Positions 9,118-18,779 of a DNA stretch of 64,000 nucleotides are shown here, one piece after another. Every line of letters starts with the position of its first letter. Position 1 is the stretch's first letter. A program made the position numbers and the translations under genes. The DNA is from Chloroflexota bacterium (GTDB taxonomy: Bacteria; Chloroflexota; Chloroflexia; QHBQ01): positions 16,125 through 80,124 of the forward strand of contig JANXYP010000200.1 of NCBI GenBank assembly GCA_025355955.1. Direction: 5' to 3'. The notes beneath the pieces are model-generated. The model was not told where the DNA came from. It did not search any database and was given only the letters and a program-made list of their open reading frames with translations.

Positions 9118-10533
9118 TTAAAAGTTGAGGGTTGAGGTCATTCCGTAGGGGCGAACAACGGTTCGCCCTGGCCCAACTGCCTGATGCCTGATGAAAGTTG
9201 CACATAATTCCTCGCCCCTCAACATATACTCGACCAATGCCAGATTGTGACTCGCACCGATCTTGCGGAAGATGGTCGCCGCTTGCGTAAGCATCTCCCG
9301 CGCTGCCGGGGTGATAGCACCTTCGCGTTGGGCAATCGCTTTGGCATAATCATGGTAATCACGGCCCAGGTCGTAGGCATCACCGCGATGCTTGCTTTGC
9401 ACGATCGCCAGTTGGAAGTTGGCCTCGGCCTGCGGCCAGTCGCCCTGTGTGCCGTAGAAGTGGGCAATGGTCAGATAGAAGTGTTCATGATTCTCGCGGC
9501 CCGGTTGCTGATCGAAGCGGCGCAGCCAGTCAATGTAGTGGCGGGCATGGGCGAACTCACCGGTCGCGGTGTGATATTCCACCATTCGAGCCGCAACTTC
9601 TTTTTTGAGAATAATCGGGGCGGTGGGTTCCTCGAACACCGCGATGGCGGGCGCATAGCTACCCGCCAAATCGCCCATCTCCTGCCGCACCAGACTTAGC
9701 CGCGATAGCGCATATGCCTCGACGATCTTATTGTTGCCCACGCGGGCGGCGCTGAGAGCGCGGTTTAGATACTCCACTGCCTGCTCGAAGTCGCCCGCGC
9801 AGCGATGCACCCCCGCGACGCTAACCAGCGACTGGCTGATGAAGTTCTGGTTTTCGACCTGTGGCAGCAACTCTATTACCCGCTGCGCGTACTGGATGGC
9901 CCGTGAGATGGGGCCAATGTGGATATAGACGTGGCAAAGCAGCCGATATGACAGCATCAGGGTGGTGGGGTCGCCGTGCGCCTCGGCGAACTGGGCGGCC
10001 TTGTTGTAACGGAACAGCGCCTCGTGCATCCGCCCCTCGGTGGTACTGACATTACCGAGGTTGGCCCACAGCCGCGCTGCCAGTTCGCCGCCCGCCAGTC
10101 CTACATGGCGCAGGCCACGCTGATAATACAGGGTGGCCGCGCCGCCAACGCCGCTCACGTACTCGATGTTGCCCAGAATGTTCAAGATTTCGCCGAGCAG
10201 TTGCTTGTCGCCCGCTTCAGATTCGAGCATTACCAGTAGCGGCAGCAACTCCATCTTGGCCTGCTGCATCTCGCCCTGGTAGTAATGAATCAGCCCCTGT
10301 AGCCAGCGCAAACGTGCAGTCAGCAGGGCTGCCTCGGTGCCAAAGTCGGCGCTGGCAAGCTCCGCCTCCACGTTGGCAAGCTGGGCCTGGGCCGCCGCAT
10401 AGTCGCCCCGCTTGATATCAGTCTGAGCGCTATCCAACGTCTGGCGCAACCACACCGCTGCCAGCAAAGCGTCACACTGCTGACAGCGTTGGGCCGAAGC
10501 CGGGTTCTCGGCATTGCAGTTGGGGCAACGCAT
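9118..10533 (-). CDS. Zinc-ribbon + TPR repeat protein
   Basis: CPNC..CQQC N-terminus and helical repeats (NILGNI, ANLGNV); C-terminus encoded by a REP and heptamers. Confidence 0.75.
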   Translation of the reverse strand: MRCPNCNAENPASAQRCQQCDALLAAVWLRQTLDSAQTDIKRGDYAAAQAQLANVEAELASADFGTEAALLTARLRWLQGLIHYYQGEMQQAKMELLPLLVMLESEAGDKQLLGEILNILGNIEYVSGVGGAATLYYQRGLRHVGLAGGELAARLWANLGNVSTTEGRMHEALFRYNKAAQFAEAHGDPTTLMLSYRLLCHVYIHIGPISRAIQYAQRVIELLPQVENQNFISQSLVSVAGVHRCAGDFEQAVEYLNRALSAARVGNNKIVEAYALSRLSLVRQEMGDLAGSYAPAIAVFEEPTAPIILKKEVAARMVEYHTATGEFAHARHYIDWLRRFDQQPGRENHEHFYLTIAHFYGTQGDWPQAEANFQLAIVQSKHRGDAYDLGRDYHDYAKAIAQREGAITPAAREMLTQAATIFRKIGASHNLALVEYMLRGEELCATFIRHQAVGPGRTVVRPYGMTSTLNF

Positions 10534-10643
10534 AGCTATGTCCTGCGTCTAGCGAATGTGGTCACATCGCTCTGATTAGCAGCATGGGCTATTCGGCTGG
10601 GCGAGTGCCACCCGCCCCTACATTTATAACATCTCGAAGGGGA

Positions 10644-12560
10644 TTAGCCACCGCTCATCGTTGTGCTGGTGGCGATGGTGGCTAGCTGCTCCTCGTTCAG
10701 TCCGCGATGGCCGTTGCGCTTTACACGCTCATCGGCGGTCAGCGCCTCGATACTCACCGCTGCCAACTCTTGCTCTACGCTGGCATCCCCTTGCTGCACA
10801 TTGCGGGCAGGCTGGCGGTATGCGCCTTCCAGGGCAAAGATGCGGCGCAGGATCGCCACTGCGGTTGCATAAGTGGAGTCCATGCCCAGGTAGGCCAGGC
10901 TGCTGGCCCCCAGGTTCTTGCCCCGCGTGTAGGGCGTGTCCGAGGCGTAGTGCAGCACGCCCAGATCGAAGTTCAGCCGCTTGAAGTTGATGTGTTCGCT
11001 GGTGGGGTAGCGGGTGGAATAGATGTGTTCGTACAGCCCGTTCATGTACGGCCCCGCTTCCATCTCCACCACCGTATAGCTCTCGCGGTAGAACTCGTCG
11101 AGGTATTGGCGGTTCTGCAGGTATGTTCCCTTGACCGTGACTGCCTTCTGGTTGTCCAGCACCGAGCCGTAGACCAGGTATGGGGCAACCTCACCCGCGA
11201 CGAAGCAGTTATCCAGCCAGTAGGTGTTCTGCGAATGTTCGTCGTAGATGGAGTCGCTGATCATCACATCGCCGATACTGCCATTCAGGGTGGCCGCCTT
11301 GCCCAGGATGTAGATGCCCTTGATGTTCGACAGGCTCTGCGCCACCTGGGCCATGATGAAGTAGGAAGCCAGGCCGAGCGGGTAATCAATGTTGACGATG
11401 ACCGCATCGCTGCTCTTGATCGCCTCGCCATCCTCCAGCCCCAGACGTGGGTCGAACTCATTGGCACGCAGCTTGTTCAGCTCGATGATCTGCGCGTCAA
11501 CCGCCATGCCCTCGCTGGTCGGCACGAAGTGGATGCCGCGCTCCCGCTCGTCGGCCTCGCGCTGAGACCCCATCTTGCGGTTCTTGCCCAGGTATGAGCG
11601 CATGATGTAGTATAGGAAGTTCTCCAGGCTGCTGCGGCTCTCGCCCGCCATGATGTTCTCATACTCCTCGATCAGCAGCGGATCGTGCGAGTTTCGCATG
11701 AACTTGTCCAGTTCGCCGCGCAACCGCACCGCGCTGCCGCTAACCAGGTTGCTGATGCTGTGGGTGTTGCTGGAGATGAAGTACACCGGCCGATCTTGCA
11801 GGTGCAACTCTTCCATCTTCTGGGCAATTGGCCGCCACCAGCGGTGTGCCGCCTTGCCATAGCCAATGTAGCTGCCGCCCAGCATCCGCACGGTGAAGCT
11901 CTTGGGCTTGGCGGCAATGGCAAGCAGATTGTTCCAGAAGTTACCACCCCACACCGCCCGTAGCCGCTCCCAGTCCTCGATGCTGATCATCAGCCGCACG
12001 GTCAGCACCTTGACCATCTCGTTGTAGAGCGGCGAGTGTTCGTCCAACCCAGTACGCAGTATCTCGAGGGTGTTGGGATCGCGGTTGAGCAGGGCGTGCA
12101 GCTTGTTCCACTCGATCTGCAGGCCGACCAGCACCGGGATTACATCATCCACATCCGAACTGCTGGCGATGTAGACCGCGAGGGTGTTGCGCCCGTCGTA
12201 GAACCAACGCCGCCGCCGCCCCGCCGCACTGACGCTCTGCCACTTCTCCACATCATTGCCCGCCGCCTTGAACACATCTTCACTTTGGCCCAGCAGGACG
12301 CGGGTGATCTTCATAATGTCCTGCGGCAGCCGCTGCAAGCTATAGGTGAAAGCGCTGAGGTCGGGTTCGGCCAGCGAGGCCTTGGTGTGCAGGCTGGAGT
12401 CGCTATTGACATGAGCTTGGATCAGCGCCTTGATCTTAATATCGCCGCTGCTGCGTAGCATTGTGTTGTAGGTACGGATGTATAGCTCGACATCCTGCTT
12501 CTGCGCGGGGTAGACTTCCTCGCGCCGCTGGGTGCTGGCCTCGTTTTGTTGCATATCCAT
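10644..12560 (-). CDS. Conserved hypothetical protein (DUF6909-like) with a nucleoside phosphorylase-like C-terminal region
   Basis: Long ORF with native codon usage; ILGKAA..G..GD, VVEMEAG and HYASDTP motifs. Confidence 0.65.
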   Translation of the reverse strand: MDMQQNEASTQRREEVYPAQKQDVELYIRTYNTMLRSSGDIKIKALIQAHVNSDSSLHTKASLAEPDLSAFTYSLQRLPQDIMKITRVLLGQSEDVFKAAGNDVEKWQSVSAAGRRRRWFYDGRNTLAVYIASSSDVDDVIPVLVGLQIEWNKLHALLNRDPNTLEILRTGLDEHSPLYNEMVKVLTVRLMISIEDWERLRAVWGGNFWNNLLAIAAKPKSFTVRMLGGSYIGYGKAAHRWWRPIAQKMEELHLQDRPVYFISSNTHSISNLVSGSAVRLRGELDKFMRNSHDPLLIEEYENIMAGESRSSLENFLYYIMRSYLGKNRKMGSQREADERERGIHFVPTSEGMAVDAQIIELNKLRANEFDPRLGLEDGEAIKSSDAVIVNIDYPLGLASYFIMAQVAQSLSNIKGIYILGKAATLNGSIGDVMISDSIYDEHSQNTYWLDNCFVAGEVAPYLVYGSVLDNQKAVTVKGTYLQNRQYLDEFYRESYTVVEMEAGPYMNGLYEHIYSTRYPTSEHINFKRLNFDLGVLHYASDTPYTRGKNLGASSLAYLGMDSTYATAVAILRRIFALEGAYRQPARNVQQGDASVEQELAAVSIEALTADERVKRNGHRGLNEEQLATIATSTTMSGG

Positions 12561-12706
12561 AAAGCTTGTCGCTCTCTTTCTGCCTGCCCTTTGCAGGCAA
12601 TCCACGCATTTCGTGTTCTGCGTTTCCTTTAGATGTTGATACTGGTATTGTAACATGGAAGAGGGGGTAGTGGCAAGCATTTTGCGCCACACGGGGCAAA
12701 TGGGGC

Positions 12707-12763
12707 TTGACAAGGTAGGCGCTTTCCTATACACTGTGCCTAACTTACGTTATGCAAAGTTAG
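12707..12763 (+). promoter_or_regulatory. sigma70 promoter with a candidate operator at +1
   Basis: TTGACA-17-TACACT (12707-12735) followed by the inverted repeat CTAACTT-N10-AAGTTAG (12740-12763). Confidence 0.6.
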
Positions 12764-12787
12764 CAGCGGGGAAGGTGGATAGCATTC

Positions 12788-13651
12788 GTGGCGCTAGTGG
12801 GGCAACTTAGCGAGTTTCAACTGGTCAACATCATCGCGCTGCTGCAGGTGGAGCGTAAGACTGGCGAACTCACCTTGCAGGACGAGGAGCAGCACACTAT
12901 TCGCCTTTACCTGAAGGAGGGGCGGGTTATCCACGCCGAGGGCAGCCGGGCGAGCGGCCATTCCGCCCCCACTGATGGCTTCGAGCTAGCCCTGGAACCG
13001 TTTGTCTGGCTGGGCGGCAAGTTCCACTTCGAGGCTTACGATATCGCTATACCCAATCCCAATATCAACCAGGGCAACGTCGTGCTAGTGACTGAAGGGC
13101 GCAACCGCGCCACCGCCTTCCGCGAGATCAGCCAGAACGTGCCGAGCAGCAACCTGGTGCTGAAGCTGGTGCATCAGCCCGCCAGTTCAATGCAGAGCAT
13201 CAGCCTCGACTTTCACGAGTGGCGCTTCCTGACCATGGTGGATGCCGAGCGCGACCTGAACACCATCGCCGCCATGCTGGATGTGACTGAGCAGCGGGTG
13301 CGGGCGATTGCCAACAAGATGCTGAAGAACGGGCTGGTGGAGAAGGTGGATATGCGTACGCGGATGTACAAGCTGCACGCCTTCACCGCTGAGGACAACC
13401 ACCCCAACGACCTGGCGGTGATTGACGACCTCGGCCTCGACGTAATGGCCCACAACGATCGTGAACTGGTAGCAAACTCACAGTTGGAGGTGCTAACCTC
13501 CGATGAGCAACGCCACGAGCGGATGCGGGTGGCTGGCTACCCCAACATGGCCGACCGCGTCATGCTTGCGCCGATGATGATGGCGCAGCTGGGGGTGAGC
13601 AATGGCGACCCCCTCTATGTGCGGCTTCGCGACCTGCGTGGGGAGACGTAA
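12788..13651 (+). CDS. DUF4388 (PatA-N-like) domain protein
   Basis: MAL.GQL.EF.L..II.LL...RKTG.L...G.VIHA...W..G.F.F N-terminus. Confidence 0.8.
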   Translation: MALVGQLSEFQLVNIIALLQVERKTGELTLQDEEQHTIRLYLKEGRVIHAEGSRASGHSAPTDGFELALEPFVWLGGKFHFEAYDIAIPNPNINQGNVVLVTEGRNRATAFREISQNVPSSNLVLKLVHQPASSMQSISLDFHEWRFLTMVDAERDLNTIAAMLDVTEQRVRAIANKMLKNGLVEKVDMRTRMYKLHAFTAEDNHPNDLAVIDDLGLDVMAHNDRELVANSQLEVLTSDEQRHERMRVAGYPNMADRVMLAPMMMAQLGVSNGDPLYVRLRDLRGET

Positions 13652-13667
13652 AAAGGGGGTAGGCAGC

Positions 13668-14492
13668 GTGCCTATCATCGGCCAATTGTTGCAATCAACG
13701 CTGGGCCGCCTGTTTTCCCGCCGCCGTGCGACTAACGCCAATGGCGGGCGGGCGGGCAGCGCCGCGCCGCCGCCCGCCTCGGCCACCCCCCGCCCATCTG
13801 ACCGTGAGGCGGCGCAACGTTGGGTGAAGCTGGGGGTCAGCTCCGCCGTCGCTGGGCAGCATGACAAGGCCCGCTATTGCTTCACCCAGGCGGTGCGGGC
13901 CGACGACCACAATGCTCGCGCCTGGCTCTACCTCGGCGGGGTGGCGGGCGATCCCGCCGATAGCCTGACTGCCTTGCAGCGGGCGCTAGCGCTGGAGCCG
14001 GGCAACGCGCAGGCGAAACTAGGTTACCTGTGGGCGCGCTATGAGCTAGGCTTGCTGCCAACCGCCGAGGAGCGGATCACCAGCCCGCTGCCGGGTCGCA
14101 CCACTCCCGCGCTCGGCATCCATTCCACCCCCCAACCGCGAGAACGTACTACTCAACCGCAGCCAGGCAGCCCACCTAGCGCCCAAACGTGGCTACGCCT
14201 CGGCGTGGAAGCCGCGATCGGTGGCAACCGCACCTATGCTCGCTACTGCTACGCTCGGGCGGCGGAGATGCCGATCAACGAGCGGCGGCTCGACGAGGTG
14301 CTGCTCAGGCGACGTGCCTGGCTCTACCTTGCTGGGGTCGCCGCCGACCCTGCTCTCACCCTGGCGACGCTCGAACGAGTGCTGGCTGAGGAGCCAGACA
14401 ACCAGGAGGCGCTCCGTGGCATCAGGTGGGCTACGGAGCGTCTTAATATTAGCGACTACGACCCCAGCAGAGGTTGGCGATTGCGCCCCTGA
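13668..14492 (+). CDS. TPR repeat protein (two similar TPR modules)
   Basis: Repeated ARYC..A..AWLYL.GVA.DP...L..L.R.LA.EP.N..A..G..WA; GTG start with a G-rich RBS. Confidence 0.75.
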   Translation: MPIIGQLLQSTLGRLFSRRRATNANGGRAGSAAPPPASATPRPSDREAAQRWVKLGVSSAVAGQHDKARYCFTQAVRADDHNARAWLYLGGVAGDPADSLTALQRALALEPGNAQAKLGYLWARYELGLLPTAEERITSPLPGRTTPALGIHSTPQPRERTTQPQPGSPPSAQTWLRLGVEAAIGGNRTYARYCYARAAEMPINERRLDEVLLRRRAWLYLAGVAADPALTLATLERVLAEEPDNQEALRGIRWATERLNISDYDPSRGWRLRP

Positions 14493-14518
14493 GCTGCCAG
14501 TTGATCATAGCTCAAAGG

Positions 14519-14606
14519 GTGCGCGTCCCTTTCTAGCATACCCAACCAGGGCGAACAACGGTTCGCCCCTGCTGAACGCTTGCTCTGCAAGAACATGATA
14601 CATGAC
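14519..14606. mobile_element. MITE-A degenerate copy with a REP core
   Basis: CATACCCAACCAGGGCGAACAACGGTTCGCCCCT..TGAACGCTTGCTC.GCAAGAAC. Confidence 0.7.
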
Positions 14607-14623
14607 CTAGCTCAAATAGGCTA

Positions 14624-14652
14624 TTGACACAGGAACGCAGGTGGTGTATGAT
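14624..14652 (+). promoter_or_regulatory. sigma70 promoter of surface cassette 1
   Basis: TTGACA-17-TATGAT. Confidence 0.7.
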
Positions 14653-14713
14653 CTAATTAACATAACGTAGCTTATCGTGTCGTGCCACATATCTTACTCA
14701 GGAGGACCAAATA

Positions 14714-15562
14714 GTGAACAAATTGGAACATAAACGCACCACCTCAGCGCGGAAACGGTCGGGAGTCGGCGTAGCGCTGATCGCCGCGCTTGGCCTGGTC
14801 GCGCTTCTCGCTGCCTGCGACACAAGCGGTAGCGCAAGCCAGCCCCAGCAGGCGGTGGTATCACAACCGCAGCCGCAAGCGCCAAGCCCGAACAATCCCC
14901 CTAAGATTGCTACTGCCTATCGCCCCGGTGGGCAGGCTACCCCCTATGCTCCGCTGGTCATTCCCCCCGCCCCCGCCCTGCCGCCTGCGGTTGGCGCGGT
15001 GCTACTCGCTGACAGCTTCGCCGACACCCCGATCAGCAACTATACCATCGTTGATCTGGGAGTGGCCCCCGATGCCCGCCCCTCTACCTGGGCGGTACAG
15101 GACGGTATGCTAGCTCAGAACGGAGACGCTGACGGCAACCCCGCCGCCAACGAGACCCTCGCTGTAATCGGCAATGCAGTCTGGACCAACTACAGCGTCG
15201 AGGCTGAAGCCTACTCCGGTGGCAGCCCGCTCGGTTTGGTGGCGCGTTATTCGAAGGCCGGTTTCTACCGCCTGCGGGTCAATCGCAGCACGGTCACGGG
15301 CGCGGGCTGGCTGCTACAACGCTACGACAGTGGCAAGCAAGCCTATACCACCCTTGCCAGCGGCGCGCTCAATAGCGGCTACACCGTTCAGCAGTGGAAT
15401 TACCTCAAGCTGACGGCGCAGGGCAGCACCATCAGCGTCACGATCAACGGCCAGCCTGCGGCCAGCGTCAATGATAGCGCTTACCCAGGCGGCAGTGTTG
15501 GCCTCTACACCGAAGCAACCGGGGCGCGTTTCAGCAACCTGCGCGTCAGCGCACTGCAGTAA
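14714..15562 (+). CDS. Lipoprotein with a ConA/DUF1080-like beta-sandwich domain (copy 1)
   Basis: Lipobox LAAC; W.NYSVE, W..LK....G..I...ING and G.VGL..F.N.RV; AGGAGG RBS. Confidence 0.8.
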   Translation: MNKLEHKRTTSARKRSGVGVALIAALGLVALLAACDTSGSASQPQQAVVSQPQPQAPSPNNPPKIATAYRPGGQATPYAPLVIPPAPALPPAVGAVLLADSFADTPISNYTIVDLGVAPDARPSTWAVQDGMLAQNGDADGNPAANETLAVIGNAVWTNYSVEAEAYSGGSPLGLVARYSKAGFYRLRVNRSTVTGAGWLLQRYDSGKQAYTTLASGALNSGYTVQQWNYLKLTAQGSTISVTINGQPAASVNDSAYPGGSVGLYTEATGARFSNLRVSALQ

Positions 15563-15585
15563 AATTGGAGAGGAATAGCAACCTA

Positions 15586-18063
15586 ATGTATAAAACTAAA
15601 CTTGCCAGCCGCGCCTTCGTCGGGCTGGTCAGCCTATCCCTGCTGCTAACCTTGAGCGTCTCCTACAGCGCCGCCCAACCCGCCACTGCACCTACCAGCC
15701 CATCCAGCCAGGGCCAGCCCGCCGCGCAATCAGCTAGCCGCCCCGCCTATAGCAACGTGCAGTGGTCAGCGGCGCAAAACATCTCTGGTGGCAATGGCGA
15801 ACTCTATCCTGGCGTGGCGATGAACGCGGGTGAGGCTCAGGTAAACTTCAAGGGTAGTTCTACTCAGGAGATCTACGAGTCCTACAGCAGCGATAACGGC
15901 CACAGCTGGGCGGCACCCACGTATCGCGGCTGCGACAACGGCAGCGCACGGGGCTCGACTGCACCCAGCATCGCCGAAGATGCCAACAAAAATGTCTACA
16001 TGGTGTGGGAGGATTACTGCGGACCCACTCGCCAACTGTACTTCAAGAAGCATGATGCTACATCCAACCAGTGGCAGGCTACCCGTCAGATCGTCAGCTC
16101 CAACAGTAATGGCGGCTCCGTGGCGGTCGGCCCTAATGGGGTGATCCACGTCTCATACATCAATGTGTTTGCCAGCGGGTCTAGCGGCCAGCTCGAATAT
16201 ATCTACTCCACCAATGGCGGTGCCTCCTTCAGCGCCCCCACTGTCCTTACTAACAGCGCTGAGTGGATTAACACTAGCCACATTGCGGTGGATACGCTCA
16301 ACCGCCCCCATATTGTCTGCGAAAAAGGTCCTTCTGGGCGATACAGCATTGTGGCTGAGGACTTCGTCAATGGCGCATGGCACACGACTACGATATATAC
16401 TGGTCGCGGCTACTGGTCGCAAATTGCCGCCAACCACAGTGGCGGAGTAGGCGCCGTCTGGCAGATGAACGATGCGGGGGATCAGATCCTCTACAGCCGC
16501 TGGAATGGCGCAAGCCAGACGTGGGATGCGATTTCCACCCAGGTATCGGTTGACAGTAGCAACAACTATTACCCCACGCTTACATACGACAACCTCGACG
16601 ATGCTTATGTCGTCTGGGGCCAGAGCAGCGGCAGCCCCGGTTCGCAGCAACTGCAGTTCAGCTACGAGCAAAGCATCGGCAATTGGAGCGCCGAGATAAA
16701 TATTCAGAGTACCCGCACCAGCGTAGCAGTGCTGGCTAACTACAACAACAATCTGACCGTCGCCTATCAGTTTGATGGCACGGGCAACTGGGGTATCTGG
16801 TCTAGCTGGCTGCAACTACCGCAGGCAAACTTCACGCCGACTAGCATCGCTACGCCAACCCACACCGCTACGCGGACTAACACGCCTACCAACACTGCCA
16901 CCGCCACCTTCTGCCCGGGCCAGACCTTCACCGATGTGAACTGCTCATTTTGGGCGTTCGGTTACATCAAGGCGATGAACGATGCCAACGTCATCAATGG
17001 CTACAGCGGCGCACAGTGTACTGGCGTACACGTCGGTTCGCCTTGTTACCTGCCAAGCAACCTGGTAACCCGCGCTGAAGTGACCAAGATGCTGGCCCGC
17101 GCCGAGGCCTGGCCGGCCGTTACCGTTACCAGTCCCCACTTTACCGATGTGCCGCCAAATTACTGGGCTTTCCAGTTTATTGAACGAGCGGTTGCGAATG
17201 GCGTGGCCGACGGTCTAAGCGCGCAGCAGTGCCAGGCAGCAGGCGCGACTCCACCCTGCTACTTGCCTAATAGCCCTTTGACCCGCGCCCAGATGACTAA
17301 GTTCGTCTACCGCGCTCATCATCCAGTTCCCTATACGCCAAGCGGGACACAGACATTCACCGATGTGCCGCCCAGCTACTTCGCCTATGGCTACATCGAA
17401 ACTGCCAACCATGATGGCATTGTTACTGGCTACACCTCGCAGCAGTGTACGGCGGCTGGCGCAACCTTCCCTTGCTTCCTGCCCAACCGCAACGTCCACC
17501 GCGATGAAGTGGCAAAGATGGTCAAGAAAATGCTCGACGCGGGCAGCGTTACCTCCACGCCGACTGTCGCGCCGACCTCGACCGCGACCAACACGCCGAC
17601 GAATACAAACACGCCAACGCTGACCAGCACTGCTGTCGCTACCAGCACCAACACGCCCACGCCGACCAGCACCAACACGCCCGCGCCGCCCACCAGCACT
17701 CCGCTGTCGTCTACCAACACCCTTACGCCCGTACCAACCGTCACTGTCACCCCTACCCCTACCATCACTCCAGGGATAGTCAATGTCAACATTGTGGACT
17801 ATGCCTTCAGCCCGCAAACCATCACTGTCACGCTCGGCACGCGTGTAATCTGGACAAACACTGGGACGATGACTCATACTGTCAACTCTGACGATGGCAG
17901 CTCGTTCGCCTCCGGCAACATTGCGCCATCAGGAACCTTCAGCCGTACCTTCACCACCACCGGCACGATCGGCTACCACTGCACTATCCACGGCGGCATT
18001 CATACGGGGATGTACGGTACGGTCGTCGTGCTGGCCGCCGACCACCCTAACGGCACAAATTAG
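15586..18063 (+). CDS. Secreted BNR/Asp-box propeller + 3 SLH + cupredoxin protein
   Basis: Signal peptide; SSDNGHSW and STNGGASF Asp-boxes; FTDV..YWA..TRAE SLH repeats; Pro/Thr linkers; HTV..YHCTIH..MYG.VVV type-1 copper ligands. Confidence 0.85.
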   Translation: MYKTKLASRAFVGLVSLSLLLTLSVSYSAAQPATAPTSPSSQGQPAAQSASRPAYSNVQWSAAQNISGGNGELYPGVAMNAGEAQVNFKGSSTQEIYESYSSDNGHSWAAPTYRGCDNGSARGSTAPSIAEDANKNVYMVWEDYCGPTRQLYFKKHDATSNQWQATRQIVSSNSNGGSVAVGPNGVIHVSYINVFASGSSGQLEYIYSTNGGASFSAPTVLTNSAEWINTSHIAVDTLNRPHIVCEKGPSGRYSIVAEDFVNGAWHTTTIYTGRGYWSQIAANHSGGVGAVWQMNDAGDQILYSRWNGASQTWDAISTQVSVDSSNNYYPTLTYDNLDDAYVVWGQSSGSPGSQQLQFSYEQSIGNWSAEINIQSTRTSVAVLANYNNNLTVAYQFDGTGNWGIWSSWLQLPQANFTPTSIATPTHTATRTNTPTNTATATFCPGQTFTDVNCSFWAFGYIKAMNDANVINGYSGAQCTGVHVGSPCYLPSNLVTRAEVTKMLARAEAWPAVTVTSPHFTDVPPNYWAFQFIERAVANGVADGLSAQQCQAAGATPPCYLPNSPLTRAQMTKFVYRAHHPVPYTPSGTQTFTDVPPSYFAYGYIETANHDGIVTGYTSQQCTAAGATFPCFLPNRNVHRDEVAKMVKKMLDAGSVTSTPTVAPTSTATNTPTNTNTPTLTSTAVATSTNTPTPTSTNTPAPPTSTPLSSTNTLTPVPTVTVTPTPTITPGIVNVNIVDYAFSPQTITVTLGTRVIWTNTGTMTHTVNSDDGSSFASGNIAPSGTFSRTFTTTGTIGYHCTIHGGIHTGMYGTVVVLAADHPNGTN

Positions 18064-18262
18064 CGTAGCGTGCCAACAAGGCAACGCAATCAATGGCGCT
18101 GGCTCGACCAGCAGCACCATTATCGGGGCGCGATAAATCCGCGCCCCTACATCACCAGCCACCGCTCTTTGAGGCTGGTATAGCAATTAGGGCCATTGAT
18201 TTACACATTGGGCCAGGCCATCATTGGCCCGGCCCTTGTGCTTGTGGTACAAAGGTGTTCTC

Positions 18263-18291
18263 TTGACACACTCCCCAGCGTAGGTTATACT
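18263..18291 (+). promoter_or_regulatory. sigma70 promoter of surface cassette 2 or its leader RNA
   Basis: TTGACA-17-TATACT. Confidence 0.75.
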
Positions 18292-18297
18292 GCCCAA

Positions 18298-18770
18298 GTT
18301 CTTCGCCCAGAATCGGCAATTAGGGTGAAACCTTTTTGCTGCTGATACGTTATCTTCACAGCGCCTCTCAATGGCGAGGGTCGGCGCTGTATTTTTGAGG
18401 GTAGCTGGCATTGCAATTTGCGCCGCCTTCCGCTAATGCTCTTGGCGGAACGGTCCAGCCGCACTATCTCCCACCGGTCGCTGCAGCAAAGCCAGAACCC
18501 GCCGTCTCGTAAACCATATAGATAAGTGTCAATCATTCGCTAGCAATCACCTCAGCGCTTGCTGGTTGGCGATTACTGGTTGGCGTGCGTTGATACGCAC
18601 GCTCTAGAGGGGAGCAGATACCCTATACTTCGCTTCAGTGAAGCGAACGTTGCGAGAAGGTAAAACCATCAACCCCATCAATCGCTCATTATGGCAGGTA
18701 GTGGTCATGTGGGAGAGTCGCTACTAACGATGCCGTTGTGATATAAGAGCGGAATGTAAGAACCAGGAGG
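18298..18770 (+). ncRNA. Candidate structured leader or ncRNA
   Basis: ~480 nt between a consensus promoter and the RBS, with at least 6 stems; no plus-strand ORF in the track. Confidence 0.4.
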
Positions 18771-18779
18771 ATAATAACC

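Noticed and set aside
18298..18515. Cobalamin or c-di-AMP riboswitch
   Set aside because: Only fragments resemble them (GGTGAAACC, AAGCCAGAACCCGCC). The core GGGAA/GCCACTG/GGGAAG and CAGCTAAC elements are missing.
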